Shown: positions 16,751 through 26,969 of the stretch, piece by piece
Numbering within the stretch: position 1 is the first letter of the stretch
How the letters are laid out: each line of letters begins with the position of its first letter
IMG/VR virus record: IMGVR_UViG_3300042358_000005
Location: 1-64,000 of that record
Source: a virus
Lineage: Duplodnaviria > Caudoviricetes
DNA length: 64,000 nucleotides
Direction: 5' to 3' (one strand)
The notes under the pieces: model-generated
What the model was told of the DNA's origin: nothing
The model's input: only the letters and a program-made list of their open reading frames with translations
Database searches by the model: none
Translations under genes and position numbers: made by a program

Positions 16751-18313
16751 ATGGCAATTCAAACAATTCCTGGGTTAACTGGTTTTACTTATGCTCGTGT
16801 AGCGTCTATGGACAAACGTGCAGTAGGGAAACTAACAGACTCTAACCACTTAGAGAGTTTTCACTCTACTGAGCCTGCAGACTATGACAAAAAAATCATC
16901 AGTCTTTATACACAGAGCTCACTTTACAGTAATGACTTCTTAGACATGATCAACAAAAGCACACCTTATTATATTGATAATAATAGTGATGCATGGAAAT
17001 GGCAAGTAGCAGTTCCTTACAAATTCCCAAAAATTATTGACATCCCTTCTTCTACACAAGATCTTATCTTAGCTGGAAAAACAGGTATCGATGGTCAAGA
17101 GTTCCAATTAGTATTAGATACTAATGAGTTCTCTAAAAATGCTATCATCTCTGTAGGTACACGTCAATATGGTCCACGTTTCTACGTGATCAAAGATCCA
17201 TTACCTTGGAACATGGGATTCTTGTATTCATTTACATTAGTAACTGATAACCCAACAGTTGATTTCGTTAATCCTGTATTCTTGCAATATGGTGTTGAAT
17301 TAGAATTAGTTGATGCTGCTATTGGTGAGTTTGATCAAGACTTATTAGGTCTTCCAAGATTAGGTGAGCAAATCACAATGTTCGAATCTTTAGGTTCTGC
17401 ATATGGATATGAGCACAAAATCACTGAATGGGCTGATGACAAAATGATGAGAGATGCTTCTGGTAAACCATTAGACATCTTGGTATATGCTCCACAAAGA
17501 CGTAACCAATTACCTTTAACTCGTAATGATGTTAAATGGGAACCGTTCATCGAATTCTGGATGCGTAAATCTATGATTGAATTGAAAGTTAAACGTATGA
17601 TTTGGGCTAAACCTGGTACAGTTAAATCTGGTGGTGGTAAGCAAGAATTGAAACGTACTTCAGCTGGTGTATACCACAGAATGCGTAACAACGGTAACTT
17701 GGTACAATATAACAGAGGTGAATTCTCTGCTAACTTGATCCGTTCTGTATTTGGAGATTTATTCTACAGAAGAGTGGATGTGAAAGATAGAAGTGTTAAG
17801 ATGTATACTAATGAAGCTGGATTCGATGTATTCCAACAAGCTTTGAAAACAGATGCATTGAACTCAGGTCTTACTTTCATGGCTGATTCTGGAAACAGAT
17901 ATATGCAAGGTGAAGGACAACATATCACTTACAACTTTGCATTTGATGCAATGGTAACTCGTGAGACTGGTAGAGTTGAACTTATTCACTTAAAAGAATT
18001 AGATTTACCACAATCTAACTTAGAGTTTGGACAAAACAAAAAATCTACTCCTGTATTTATGGTGTTTGATGTTTCTCCAATGTCTGATGGTTCAATGGTA
18101 AACAACATTAGAGAAGTACGTATGAAAGGTGCTCCTTCTATGACTTGGGGTTATATTGATGGTACTCGTCACCACTTAGGTTTTGCTAAATCTCAAGGTA
18201 TGTCAAGTGCTAATAAATTCCCAGGATACGAAATCTGGATGAAAGACAGATGTGATGTATTTATTGAAGATTTATCTAGAACTGTGTTGATTGAGGAAAT
18301 GCCACAATTCTAA
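16751..18313 (+). CDS. Major capsid protein (crAss-like HK97 fold)
   Basis: 520 aa; high-expression codon bias; gene order terL-portal-scaffold-MCP. Confidence 0.88.
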   Translation: MAIQTIPGLTGFTYARVASMDKRAVGKLTDSNHLESFHSTEPADYDKKIISLYTQSSLYSNDFLDMINKSTPYYIDNNSDAWKWQVAVPYKFPKIIDIPSSTQDLILAGKTGIDGQEFQLVLDTNEFSKNAIISVGTRQYGPRFYVIKDPLPWNMGFLYSFTLVTDNPTVDFVNPVFLQYGVELELVDAAIGEFDQDLLGLPRLGEQITMFESLGSAYGYEHKITEWADDKMMRDASGKPLDILVYAPQRRNQLPLTRNDVKWEPFIEFWMRKSMIELKVKRMIWAKPGTVKSGGGKQELKRTSAGVYHRMRNNGNLVQYNRGEFSANLIRSVFGDLFYRRVDVKDRSVKMYTNEAGFDVFQQALKTDALNSGLTFMADSGNRYMQGEGQHITYNFAFDAMVTRETGRVELIHLKELDLPQSNLEFGQNKKSTPVFMVFDVSPMSDGSMVNNIREVRMKGAPSMTWGYIDGTRHHLGFAKSQGMSSANKFPGYEIWMKDRCDVFIEDLSRTVLIEEMPQF

Positions 18314-18521
18314 TAACAAAATAGTAGGAGTAATGCTTACCATAAGAACAGCATACTTCTCTTTTTTCCGAGAAAGATCCCCTCACCTCCTCTCCCTCCT
18401 AGAGGGGATTGATCTCAAATTACTTAGTCAAGCCTCTTGCATAGCAACGTAACTAAGTGTCAGAGTGTTGAAATGGATAGTATCCAGGTTCAGGTTCCTT
18501 CGGTGGAACCACTCTACAAAT

Positions 18522-18595
18522 CGTGTGGTAGAGCAGTTGGTTAGCTTGCTGGACTCATAATCCAGAGGTCGAAGGTTCGAGTCCTTCCCACGCAA
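18522..18595 (+). tRNA. tRNA-Met(CAT), initiator-like
   Basis: Full cloverleaf; C1:A72 mismatch, A11:U24; anticodon arm CTGGA-CTCATAA-TCCAG; no encoded CCA. Confidence 0.93.
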
Positions 18596-18629
18596 CTAAA
18601 ATAAACCAATTATTAAATTTAACTACATT

Positions 18630-19601
18630 ATGGGTAAAACAGGCAAAATTTCTACTATCAAGAGAGACTATTCAAATAGTGCTCAACTTCAAACAATGGA
18701 TAGTGGACTATCGCAAAAAGGAATGACAAGAATCCCTGGAACAGGAGTATTCAAATATCCTTATAAGGAATTGGATGGTAAATATAGAACAGGCTTAGAT
18801 GAGAATGCTTCTTATATTAAACGAATTCAAGATCCTTTAGAAAAAGAATTAGAAATCGAAAGAGTGATTGCTCTAAGAAAAAAACTTGAAGATGAAATAG
18901 GTGATATTGATTTAGGACCTCGTTCACAATTTTGGAACTATGGTTTGTCACTTTCAACAGATGATCAAACGCATGTACAATCAGTTAAGTTATTAGATGG
19001 TGATAATTATTTTGATCTATCAGTTCCTTTTCAAGAGATAGCCTTTTCATGGTTAAGAGTACATCCAACAATTGCATCTTCCTACCAAGCTTGGGAAAGA
19101 GGAGAATATGCTGCTGATACACAATTCTACGTTGTAGATGATGAAATAGAGAATGCAGTGATCTACAAGAAAAAACAATTGATTAACAAAGCTATTGTTA
19201 AGTTTGATTCTATGACTCCTGATAAGAAGAAAAAAGTTGCAAGACTTTTAGGTCTTCCAGTAACAGAAGAGACAAAAGAAGAAGTTGTATACAACTTAGT
19301 AGATAATGTATTGAAACAAACAGAATTCAAGAATGGTAAATATTCAGGATTGAGTCCAGTTGAAGTGTTCAATAGATTTGCTGATATGAAAGAAGCTTTA
19401 CTCCATATTAAAGATTTAGTTAAACAAGCTGTAGCACATTCAGTGTATAGAATCAAACCTAACGGTAAGGTTTATGAAGGTGAGTATGAAATAGCTAAAG
19501 ATGAAGATGATTTAATTAAATTTCTAGCTGATGATGATAACCAAGATGAGTTGTTAACATTAGAAGGTAAATTGAAAACTAAAAAGCTAGCTTCTGTATA
19601 A
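18630..19601 (+). CDS. Conserved crAss-like protein downstream of the MCP
   Basis: 323-aa ORF; position in the capsid module. Confidence 0.65.
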   Translation: MGKTGKISTIKRDYSNSAQLQTMDSGLSQKGMTRIPGTGVFKYPYKELDGKYRTGLDENASYIKRIQDPLEKELEIERVIALRKKLEDEIGDIDLGPRSQFWNYGLSLSTDDQTHVQSVKLLDGDNYFDLSVPFQEIAFSWLRVHPTIASSYQAWERGEYAADTQFYVVDDEIENAVIYKKKQLINKAIVKFDSMTPDKKKKVARLLGLPVTEETKEEVVYNLVDNVLKQTEFKNGKYSGLSPVEVFNRFADMKEALLHIKDLVKQAVAHSVYRIKPNGKVYEGEYEIAKDEDDLIKFLADDDNQDELLTLEGKLKTKKLASV

Positions 19602-19628
19602 GAAGCTAGTTTAAAAAAATAAAAGAAT

Positions 19629-20360
19629 ATGATACCAGTAGATAGTTTATTATACAAGATCGATCAGAAACTAAATAAACTATCAACTAATGAGCATCAA
19701 ATGATTCAATTAGAAGACAAGATCTTAGCTTTGAATGAAGCTCAGATCAAGTTGATAAAACAAAAAGTTGATGGTATTAGTGTTGCAAATGGATTAGGAA
19801 TGGATGCGTTTAAAAAACGTTATGAAGACTTACAAAGTCTTGTAATGGATTATAATCATCAACCTTTAACATTAAGATTAAAAGATGCTGATTTAAATCA
19901 ATGGTCTGCAAATGTTCATTTACTTGAACCTAAGTATATGTTTTATGTTGATAGTTATGCATTAGCTGACAAGGGTAGATGTAAGGATAGAAAGATATGG
20001 ATTAACAGAGACCTTGCTAAACATGGTGATCTTCAGTTCATATTAAACAATGATCATTACAAACCTTCATTTGAATACCAAGAAACATTTAATTTCTTAG
20101 CCTCAGATGAAATTTCTATATTCACCGATGGTACTTTTACCCCTAAGAATATACAAATAATGTACATGAGATATCCAGTGTATATTAATAAGACAGGATA
20201 TATAATGTTAGATGGTCAACCATCATATGATGCTGATTGTGAATTGGAAACATATCTAGAAGATGAACTTTTAGATCTTACAGTACAGAATCTAGCAATG
20301 TATACAGAGAATCAATCTGCTGTTCAAAATGCAGCATATAGGATTCAAACAAACGAATAA
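19629..20360 (+). CDS. Putative head-tail ring/connector protein
   Basis: LNEAQ...YMRYP...CEL...DELLDLTV pattern typical of adaptor ring proteins; position. Confidence 0.6.
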   Translation: MIPVDSLLYKIDQKLNKLSTNEHQMIQLEDKILALNEAQIKLIKQKVDGISVANGLGMDAFKKRYEDLQSLVMDYNHQPLTLRLKDADLNQWSANVHLLEPKYMFYVDSYALADKGRCKDRKIWINRDLAKHGDLQFILNNDHYKPSFEYQETFNFLASDEISIFTDGTFTPKNIQIMYMRYPVYINKTGYIMLDGQPSYDADCELETYLEDELLDLTVQNLAMYTENQSAVQNAAYRIQTNE

Positions 20361-20388
20361 TTTTTTTAACATTTAATAAATAAATAAA

Positions 20389-21555
20389 ATGGCTGATTTT
20401 TCATTAACCACGCTCTTCGTGGTTCCAGTAGGACAAACTGCACTTCCTAGTTCTGGCTCAACACAAAACTTGACAGCAGGACAAGTAGGTATTTTTAAAA
20501 GTAACTATGATTTGGCTACTGCTGTTAACATTGCAGCATCTCCTTATTTCTACGTTGCTCAAGGTAGAACAAACACCTATCTTCAAGGATCTAAAAGATC
20601 TGACAGAATCTCTGGTAAATTAAATGCTGGTTCAGGACAAAATGTAACTGAATGGTATAAAGTATCAGGATGCCCAACAGCTGCTAATCAAATTACTGAT
20701 GTAACTGATTTTACTGTACAATGTGGAGAAGTTATCACGTTAACATTACGTGCTTTCTCTAGCTACATTAGTACATTGTATTTCAATGGTTTCACTCGTT
20801 CGGTAACTATTCAAGCTCCTTGTTGTGATTGTGATGCTAATCCATGTGCTGATGTATCTACATCTACTATCATCGATGAGTTAATCTATCAATTAGAATT
20901 GAAAGCTCCAGGAAACAACCCTGATAACATTTCTTTCTCTACATTCTATACATTTGAAAATGTAGGTGGAACTATCTTACGTATTACTGGAAAACCATTG
21001 ACTGTATATGGACAACCATGTGATATCGCTGCGTTCCCTTTTGAATATGACAGAATGTCTTTCAGAACTTTCGTTTATGCTGGTCCAGCTACTACTGCTG
21101 ACTTTATTGTTGCAGATCGTTGTAACTTTGTTGCTCAACCTGTGATCACTCAACGTGCTTCATATGCTTCAGGACAAACTGCTGAGATTGCTCAATTAGA
21201 GAAAAACTTCTATAGCTACCAAGCTGGTTACTTGAAACACCTTTACAGAATGAACGGTTACAATGAGAACTTTGAGTCTTGGGTATCTGGTGGTGTTACT
21301 TATGATACGTATTATATCAAATTCAATGAATATGATAAATCTGCATATCAATGGGGTGATTATATCATGGAAGATTCTACTGTAATCATTGCTGCACCAA
21401 ACTCTGTAACAAGTGGCATTGCTGCTGCAATTGAAACTGTATTAGAAGCTGCTTTAGGAACTGTATTAGATAACAATGCTTGTATTACAACTACAACTAC
21501 TACATCTAGTGCTCCAGCACCTACTACTACTACAACTTCTACTCAAATTCCTTAA
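20389..21555 (+). CDS. Abundant structural protein (auxiliary capsid-like) with a C-terminal poly-Thr tail
   Basis: High-expression codon bias; followed by a terminator; position in the capsid module. Confidence 0.6.
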   Translation: MADFSLTTLFVVPVGQTALPSSGSTQNLTAGQVGIFKSNYDLATAVNIAASPYFYVAQGRTNTYLQGSKRSDRISGKLNAGSGQNVTEWYKVSGCPTAANQITDVTDFTVQCGEVITLTLRAFSSYISTLYFNGFTRSVTIQAPCCDCDANPCADVSTSTIIDELIYQLELKAPGNNPDNISFSTFYTFENVGGTILRITGKPLTVYGQPCDIAAFPFEYDRMSFRTFVYAGPATTADFIVADRCNFVAQPVITQRASYASGQTAEIAQLEKNFYSYQAGYLKHLYRMNGYNENFESWVSGGVTYDTYYIKFNEYDKSAYQWGDYIMEDSTVIIAAPNSVTSGIAAAIETVLEAALGTVLDNNACITTTTTTSSAPAPTTTTTSTQIP

Positions 21556-21588
21556 GGATAAGCAGAAGTAAAATATTATTAAATAACC

Positions 21589-21636
21589 TATGCCAGGGGA
21601 AAGAGGATACACTCATATTCCTCTGGCATATTTATT
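21589..21636 (+). terminator. Intrinsic terminator
   Basis: TATGCCAGGGGAA...TTCCTCTGGCATA-TTTATT. Confidence 0.65.
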
Positions 21637-21647
21637 ATAAAACAAAC

Positions 21648-22211
21648 ATGGCAAACTTACAATTAGATATATTAGTAGTTCCTACTTATAGTGTACTTAC
21701 AATTGGTGTTGCAGACGCTTCTGTATATCCTACCAATCCTCCAGTGGTCTCAGCACCATCTATTGAGATTGAAATACCAGGATTTGGAACAAAGATATTA
21801 CCTTTCGTTCCTAATGAAATCAATGTATTTACATCATCTAATTTAGGGATAACAGATATTGGTTGCAACCAACCTCTTCCTGATGGAGTGTATAGATTAA
21901 AATATTCTGTAGCTCCTGCATATGCAAACTATGTAGAGAAAACAATATTACGTGTTGAGAGGCTTCAAGAGAAGTTCGACAATGCTTTCCTTCAATTAAA
22001 TATGATGGAGTGTGACAGAGCCCTTAAAACTCAATCTAGCGTAACATTAAATACAATCAACTTCTTTATTCAAGGAGCAATTGCTGCAGCTAACAACTGT
22101 GCAGAATATGAATCAAATACATTATATGCTCAGGCAGATAATATGTTAAACAATTTTCTTAAATCCAACTGTGGTTGTTCAGGTAACAACTACCAATTAA
22201 ACTTTTATTAA
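21648..22211 (+). CDS. Putative structural (tail hub/Ig-like) protein
   Basis: LPDGVYRLKYSV beta-domain motif plus helical C-terminus; position. Confidence 0.5.
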   Translation: MANLQLDILVVPTYSVLTIGVADASVYPTNPPVVSAPSIEIEIPGFGTKILPFVPNEINVFTSSNLGITDIGCNQPLPDGVYRLKYSVAPAYANYVEKTILRVERLQEKFDNAFLQLNMMECDRALKTQSSVTLNTINFFIQGAIAAANNCAEYESNTLYAQADNMLNNFLKSNCGCSGNNYQLNFY

Positions 22212-22213
22212 TT

Positions 22214-22309
22214 ATGGCACAATGTTCAAGCTGTGGAGCTAATGTAGGGTGCGGTTGTCAATTGACAAACGGAGTGTGTGCAGCATGTGCTGCTAAAGTG
22301 AATAAATAA
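22214..22309 (+). CDS. 31-aa Cys-rich microprotein (MAQCSSCGANVGCGCQLTNGVCAACAAKVNK), absent from the ORF track
   Basis: Manual translation; fills the gap between two genes; 6 Cys as CxxC, CxC, CxxC. Confidence 0.7.
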   Translation: MAQCSSCGANVGCGCQLTNGVCAACAAKVNK

Positions 22310-22322
22310 ATAAATTGATATC

Positions 22323-23597
22323 ATGTTATCACCAAGACTAACGAATTGCCCAGAATGTTCTAACATTCCTGATTTACTTAAAAAAATAAATTGCAAGTTA
22401 GCAGAGCTTGGTAATAGTTTGTACAACAATGTTTCATACATGTTGAATCAACCTATACCTGCTGGTGATATGCTTCAATTGATAGCATATAGAAGGATAC
22501 TTACTCACAAGTATTGTAATCCTAATTATGTGCATGAGTACTCTGTAGCTATGATAGCTAGCAGAGTTATACGTATTACAGCAGGTTGTGTTAGTAGATG
22601 TAATGAACCAGAACGTTGTTTAGAAGATCCTTGTGAGATTGATATAGTAGCTAATCCTACAACAACAAGTACAACCACTGCAATGATGGGTTGTCAATCA
22701 TTTATATTATATAACACTGCAACTGTTGCAGAATCATTCTTGATTGGTAATTGTGATACAGGAGAACCAGAGACACTAACTTTACAAGGACTGTGTAGTG
22801 TTTGCATAAGCACAATAGTATCTCTTAATGTATCACCAAATATTGTAGTGATAAATACAGATGAGTGTACTACAACGACAACTAGTACCACTCTACCTCC
22901 AACTACTACTACTACAAGCTCTAGTTCTACAAGTACAACAACAAGTTCTAGTACCTCTACAACAACTAGTTCTACAACAACTGCTGCACCTACCACAACA
23001 ACTACTACTACTGCTATGGTTTTACCTTCAGTAACTGTTTGTGGCAGAACAGTAACAATTGAGAATTCAAATCTTACTGTTTTAACTGATGGTACTCCTA
23101 TAGTGTATGCTGCTGATATAACAGAATGGAATAACTATGTTACTAGTAGTATACCTTGTTATACTTATTGGCAATTTGATCCAGCTGAGGCATATAGAGG
23201 TTGTTTATATAACCAAGTAGCCATTAATAATTTAGCTCCTCCAGGATGGAGAGGATTAACAACTCAAGATGTACAATATTTTTATGAGTGTAATCCTTAT
23301 TTACCTGTAGAAAATTTATATGCTGCTTATCCAGGTAATTGGGATCCAACTTTTTGGACAGATCAAAGTAATGCAGGAGAAACTGGAATAAATTTTCAAG
23401 GATATGGATCTCCTCTTTGGAACGCTGGAAATATTTTATGGAATGGTGATGGAAGATTTGAAGCTCATGGGTATTCTCCTTCTACGTTCCCAGCATATGG
23501 ATGTAGTGTTAATACTGCTGTTGGATATGTTAGTTGGGGAGATTATTTAGGATACACTATAAATGATCCTCTATACGCAAGATTTATAAAACTATAA
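22323..23597 (+). CDS. Structural protein: helical N-domain, poly-Thr linkers, Cys module, divergent Fib_succ_major-like C-domain
   Basis: YRGCLYNQVAINNLAPPGWR...ETGINF...YARFIK resembles the Fib_succ_major domain of 32057..37264. Confidence 0.6.
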   Translation: MLSPRLTNCPECSNIPDLLKKINCKLAELGNSLYNNVSYMLNQPIPAGDMLQLIAYRRILTHKYCNPNYVHEYSVAMIASRVIRITAGCVSRCNEPERCLEDPCEIDIVANPTTTSTTTAMMGCQSFILYNTATVAESFLIGNCDTGEPETLTLQGLCSVCISTIVSLNVSPNIVVINTDECTTTTTSTTLPPTTTTTSSSSTSTTTSSSTSTTTSSTTTAAPTTTTTTTAMVLPSVTVCGRTVTIENSNLTVLTDGTPIVYAADITEWNNYVTSSIPCYTYWQFDPAEAYRGCLYNQVAINNLAPPGWRGLTTQDVQYFYECNPYLPVENLYAAYPGNWDPTFWTDQSNAGETGINFQGYGSPLWNAGNILWNGDGRFEAHGYSPSTFPAYGCSVNTAVGYVSWGDYLGYTINDPLYARFIKL

Positions 23598-23626
23598 TAT
23601 ATTAAACCTTTTAAAAAATAAATAAT

Positions 23627-24733
23627 ATGTCCAATTGCTCAAATTGTTATAACGGATGTACAGAGATTATCTCTGACAGATGTGTTAAATATACAGGAAT
23701 AGATGTTCCTGTCCTAGGAATCCAAACAGGTGATTCATTATCTTTTGTAGAACAAGCTCTTATTACATTTCTTGTATCAACATTGGATGGTACAGGAATT
23801 AAAATAGATCTTACTGGTATAAATGTATGTGCTCTTGTGCAGAAATATCTTCCTACTTGTGGGGATCTTTCTATTGTAGATATATCAAAAGCTCTTATAC
23901 AAGCTGCTTGTGATCTTCAAGAACAAGTTGATGCTATTGTAGCAGAACTTGCTATATTAAATGCTGATTATACAATTGGATGTTTAACAGGTGTTACAGC
24001 ATCTTCAGATACACATGCTATAGTACAAGCTGTTATAAATAAAGTTTGTGCATTAGAAGTTGATTTAATTGCTCTTGCTCTTGATCTTAGTACAAACTAT
24101 GTTACATATCTTGAACTTCCTACATTGATCCAAGCATACTTAGATGCTTCGTCAAGTGGATTAATTAGCAATAAGATGATTCCATATTCTGTACTTCCTT
24201 ATTTTGGACCTATAACATTTTTTAATGCTTCAGGAGCAGGTACAGGTGACTGGAATAGAATATTTTTATGTAATGGAAATAATGGTACTCCTGATTTAAG
24301 AGGTAGAGCTTTAACTGGTGTAATTAATGGTATTCCTGGACCAACTTTAAGTCCTGCTGTAGATCCTGCAGTTAGCACTGCTAATCCAAATTATAGTCTT
24401 TATGATAATGCTGGTGCAAATCAAATTTCATTATTAGATACACAGATTCCTTTACATACACATGCTAATACAGTATTGTCTACAGTTGATGAACATGGTG
24501 GACATGTTCATAATATTCAATATGGATTAGGTGGTTCTGGAACTTTATATCCTGAAACTCCATACATAAGTGATGTTATTGGTGGTACGGGAGGAGCAAC
24601 AACAGTTACTGTTACAGGAATAACAGTTGCCACTGCAATAACTAATGCAGCTGGACCAATAGGTGGAGGACTTCCTCATGCAAATATACAACCAGTAACA
24701 GCTTGTTACTATATTCAATATAGACCAGTTTAA
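23627..24733 (+). CDS. Tail fibre protein with collar-like domain
   Basis: FLCNGNNGTPDLRGR collar motif; IPLHTH and HANIQP...YIQY C-terminus. Confidence 0.75.
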   Translation: MSNCSNCYNGCTEIISDRCVKYTGIDVPVLGIQTGDSLSFVEQALITFLVSTLDGTGIKIDLTGINVCALVQKYLPTCGDLSIVDISKALIQAACDLQEQVDAIVAELAILNADYTIGCLTGVTASSDTHAIVQAVINKVCALEVDLIALALDLSTNYVTYLELPTLIQAYLDASSSGLISNKMIPYSVLPYFGPITFFNASGAGTGDWNRIFLCNGNNGTPDLRGRALTGVINGIPGPTLSPAVDPAVSTANPNYSLYDNAGANQISLLDTQIPLHTHANTVLSTVDEHGGHVHNIQYGLGGSGTLYPETPYISDVIGGTGGATTVTVTGITVATAITNAAGPIGGGLPHANIQPVTACYYIQYRPV

Positions 24734-24746
24734 TAAAATCAATAAG

Positions 24747-26954
24747 ATGGCATATCCTTTTTTACCAGTAAATCCTAGCTGCTCAAATGTAGTTATAAAT
24801 GATCCATGTGGATGTAGTTCTGTTATTTCCAATAGTGGTTGTAATAATAACAATCCATGTTCAACATATTTAACTGCTTCTAGTACTATTGTATATGATG
24901 GTCTTGCATTATCATGTATAGTAGCTGAGCCATGTGATACACTTAATGTAATCTTACAAAAGATTGATGAGATCATATGTAATCTATTAACACAGATTAA
25001 TACATTAACTATTCAGGTTAATAATATCACTACACAGATAATAACTATCAATGGTGATATAATCAATATAAATAATCAATTAGATGTATGTTGTAATGTT
25101 ACAACTACCACTACTAGTTCTAGTTCAACTACCACCACTTCAACAACAGTACATCCTTGTGAAAACTTTTCATTAAATAATACAGGATTAACTCCTGTAG
25201 CTATAATCATTACTGATTGTACTACACAAGAACAATCAGCTATTGTATTATTGCCAGGAGATACAAATATTTGTGTTATAACAGATAGTCCTTTAGTTGT
25301 TCCAGGAACAATTATAGTGACACCAAATGGTCCTTGTACTCCTCCAACAACTACTACTACATCATCTTCTACTTCTAGTACAACTTCAACTAGTTCTACC
25401 ACCACTACAACAACAACAGCAATCCCTTGTGAATGTTTGACATTTGAAAATACAGATATAAATCCTCATTTTATTGGATTTAATGATTGTAATGGTGTTT
25501 CTATTGAGACTGAAATTTTTGCAAATGAAACATTATCGTTTTGTGGATGTTGTGGATATGCAGATAGTCCTCTTGTATTTATTACAATTGGAGCTGATTG
25601 TGTTGGTGGGGCTTGTCCTACAACAACAACAACTACAACTACAGTTAATTATGTTTATAGAATTGCACAGTTGTCATGTATAACTTGTGAACCATTAGGT
25701 GATTATTTAAGAAGAAATTCTGGTCCTCTTATTGTTGGTAAATTTTATTATGATGACTTTACTGGACTTGTTTTTGAAATATTAGAGTTTATAGGTACAA
25801 CAACTTTTCCATCTGAATTTAATATAAATATAGAAACCATACAAGATGATTGTGTATCAGTAATTTGTTCTCCTTCTACTACAACTACTACAACAACAGT
25901 ATGTACTAGACCTGAAGGATTAGTAACTGTTAATTATTTTAATACATATACTTATAATGATGTTATAGTGGATTATACTAGCTCATTGTTAGATGCATGT
26001 GCTGCTTGTAATTTTATAAAAAATAATGCATTTGATATACAACAGGAAACTTCTTTATTTGGACAAAGTGGATCATTTAATATAGGACAATATGTTTATG
26101 CTGGATTAGTTACTGATTGTTTACCTTTAGCTAATGGATTCTATATCACAGATCATGAATTTTGTGAAATAGCAGAAATTGTTGATGGTTATATTGTAGG
26201 TATTACAAATTGTCAAATAATTCCTATACCTACTACCACCACCACCACTACAGGTATTCCTTGTGACTGTTTAACTTTTAATAATACAGATGATAAAAAT
26301 CCTCATTCTATAGGATATATTGATTGTAATAATGTTCCTGTTATAGATACAAATATTGAACCTCTTGCACTTGTAAAACTTTGTGGATCTAATGGACTTG
26401 CTAGTAATCCTCTTGTAACAATTACAGTTGGAGATGCTTGTATTGATTCAGTTTGTCCAGAACTAACAACTACCACAACAACTACTGCTTGTTTACAATG
26501 GATTTATGATACTACGCTTATTGAACCACAGTCTACTGTAGTGACTTTAGCATATACTGAATGTATAACTGGTACTCCTATAACAATAACTCAACCAGCT
26601 GGAGATTTTCCACAGCCTTTTGAGTTTTGTGCTGTACCTTATCCTTCTATTGAATTAGGAACATTAATCTCTTCTGGACCTTGTTTACTAACAACTACAA
26701 CTACTACAACAATAGCACCTACAACAACAAGTACTACTACATCTACTCCTTCACCGCAATGTTATAACGTAGCAGTTTCTCCTCCTGTATTTAACCCAGG
26801 AACTTTTCATACAGTAGAATATTTAGATTGTTTAGGAGATCCTCAAACAGTAAATGTTCCTGATGGTGGAACTATGGTTCCAATATGTGCAACTATAATT
26901 GTATCAAACAATAATAATGGTACAACTTATACAACAGGAATTTGTATATTATAA
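24747..26954 (+). CDS. Fibre-like protein: Ile-rich coiled coil plus ~7 Cys-rich modules separated by poly-Thr linkers
   Basis: Visible in the translation. Confidence 0.7.
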   Translation: MAYPFLPVNPSCSNVVINDPCGCSSVISNSGCNNNNPCSTYLTASSTIVYDGLALSCIVAEPCDTLNVILQKIDEIICNLLTQINTLTIQVNNITTQIITINGDIININNQLDVCCNVTTTTTSSSSTTTTSTTVHPCENFSLNNTGLTPVAIIITDCTTQEQSAIVLLPGDTNICVITDSPLVVPGTIIVTPNGPCTPPTTTTTSSSTSSTTSTSSTTTTTTTAIPCECLTFENTDINPHFIGFNDCNGVSIETEIFANETLSFCGCCGYADSPLVFITIGADCVGGACPTTTTTTTTVNYVYRIAQLSCITCEPLGDYLRRNSGPLIVGKFYYDDFTGLVFEILEFIGTTTFPSEFNINIETIQDDCVSVICSPSTTTTTTTVCTRPEGLVTVNYFNTYTYNDVIVDYTSSLLDACAACNFIKNNAFDIQQETSLFGQSGSFNIGQYVYAGLVTDCLPLANGFYITDHEFCEIAEIVDGYIVGITNCQIIPIPTTTTTTTGIPCDCLTFNNTDDKNPHSIGYIDCNNVPVIDTNIEPLALVKLCGSNGLASNPLVTITVGDACIDSVCPELTTTTTTTACLQWIYDTTLIEPQSTVVTLAYTECITGTPITITQPAGDFPQPFEFCAVPYPSIELGTLISSGPCLLTTTTTTTIAPTTTSTTTSTPSPQCYNVAVSPPVFNPGTFHTVEYLDCLGDPQTVNVPDGGTMVPICATIIVSNNNNGTTYTTGICIL

Positions 26955-26969
26955 AATAATAAATAAAAC

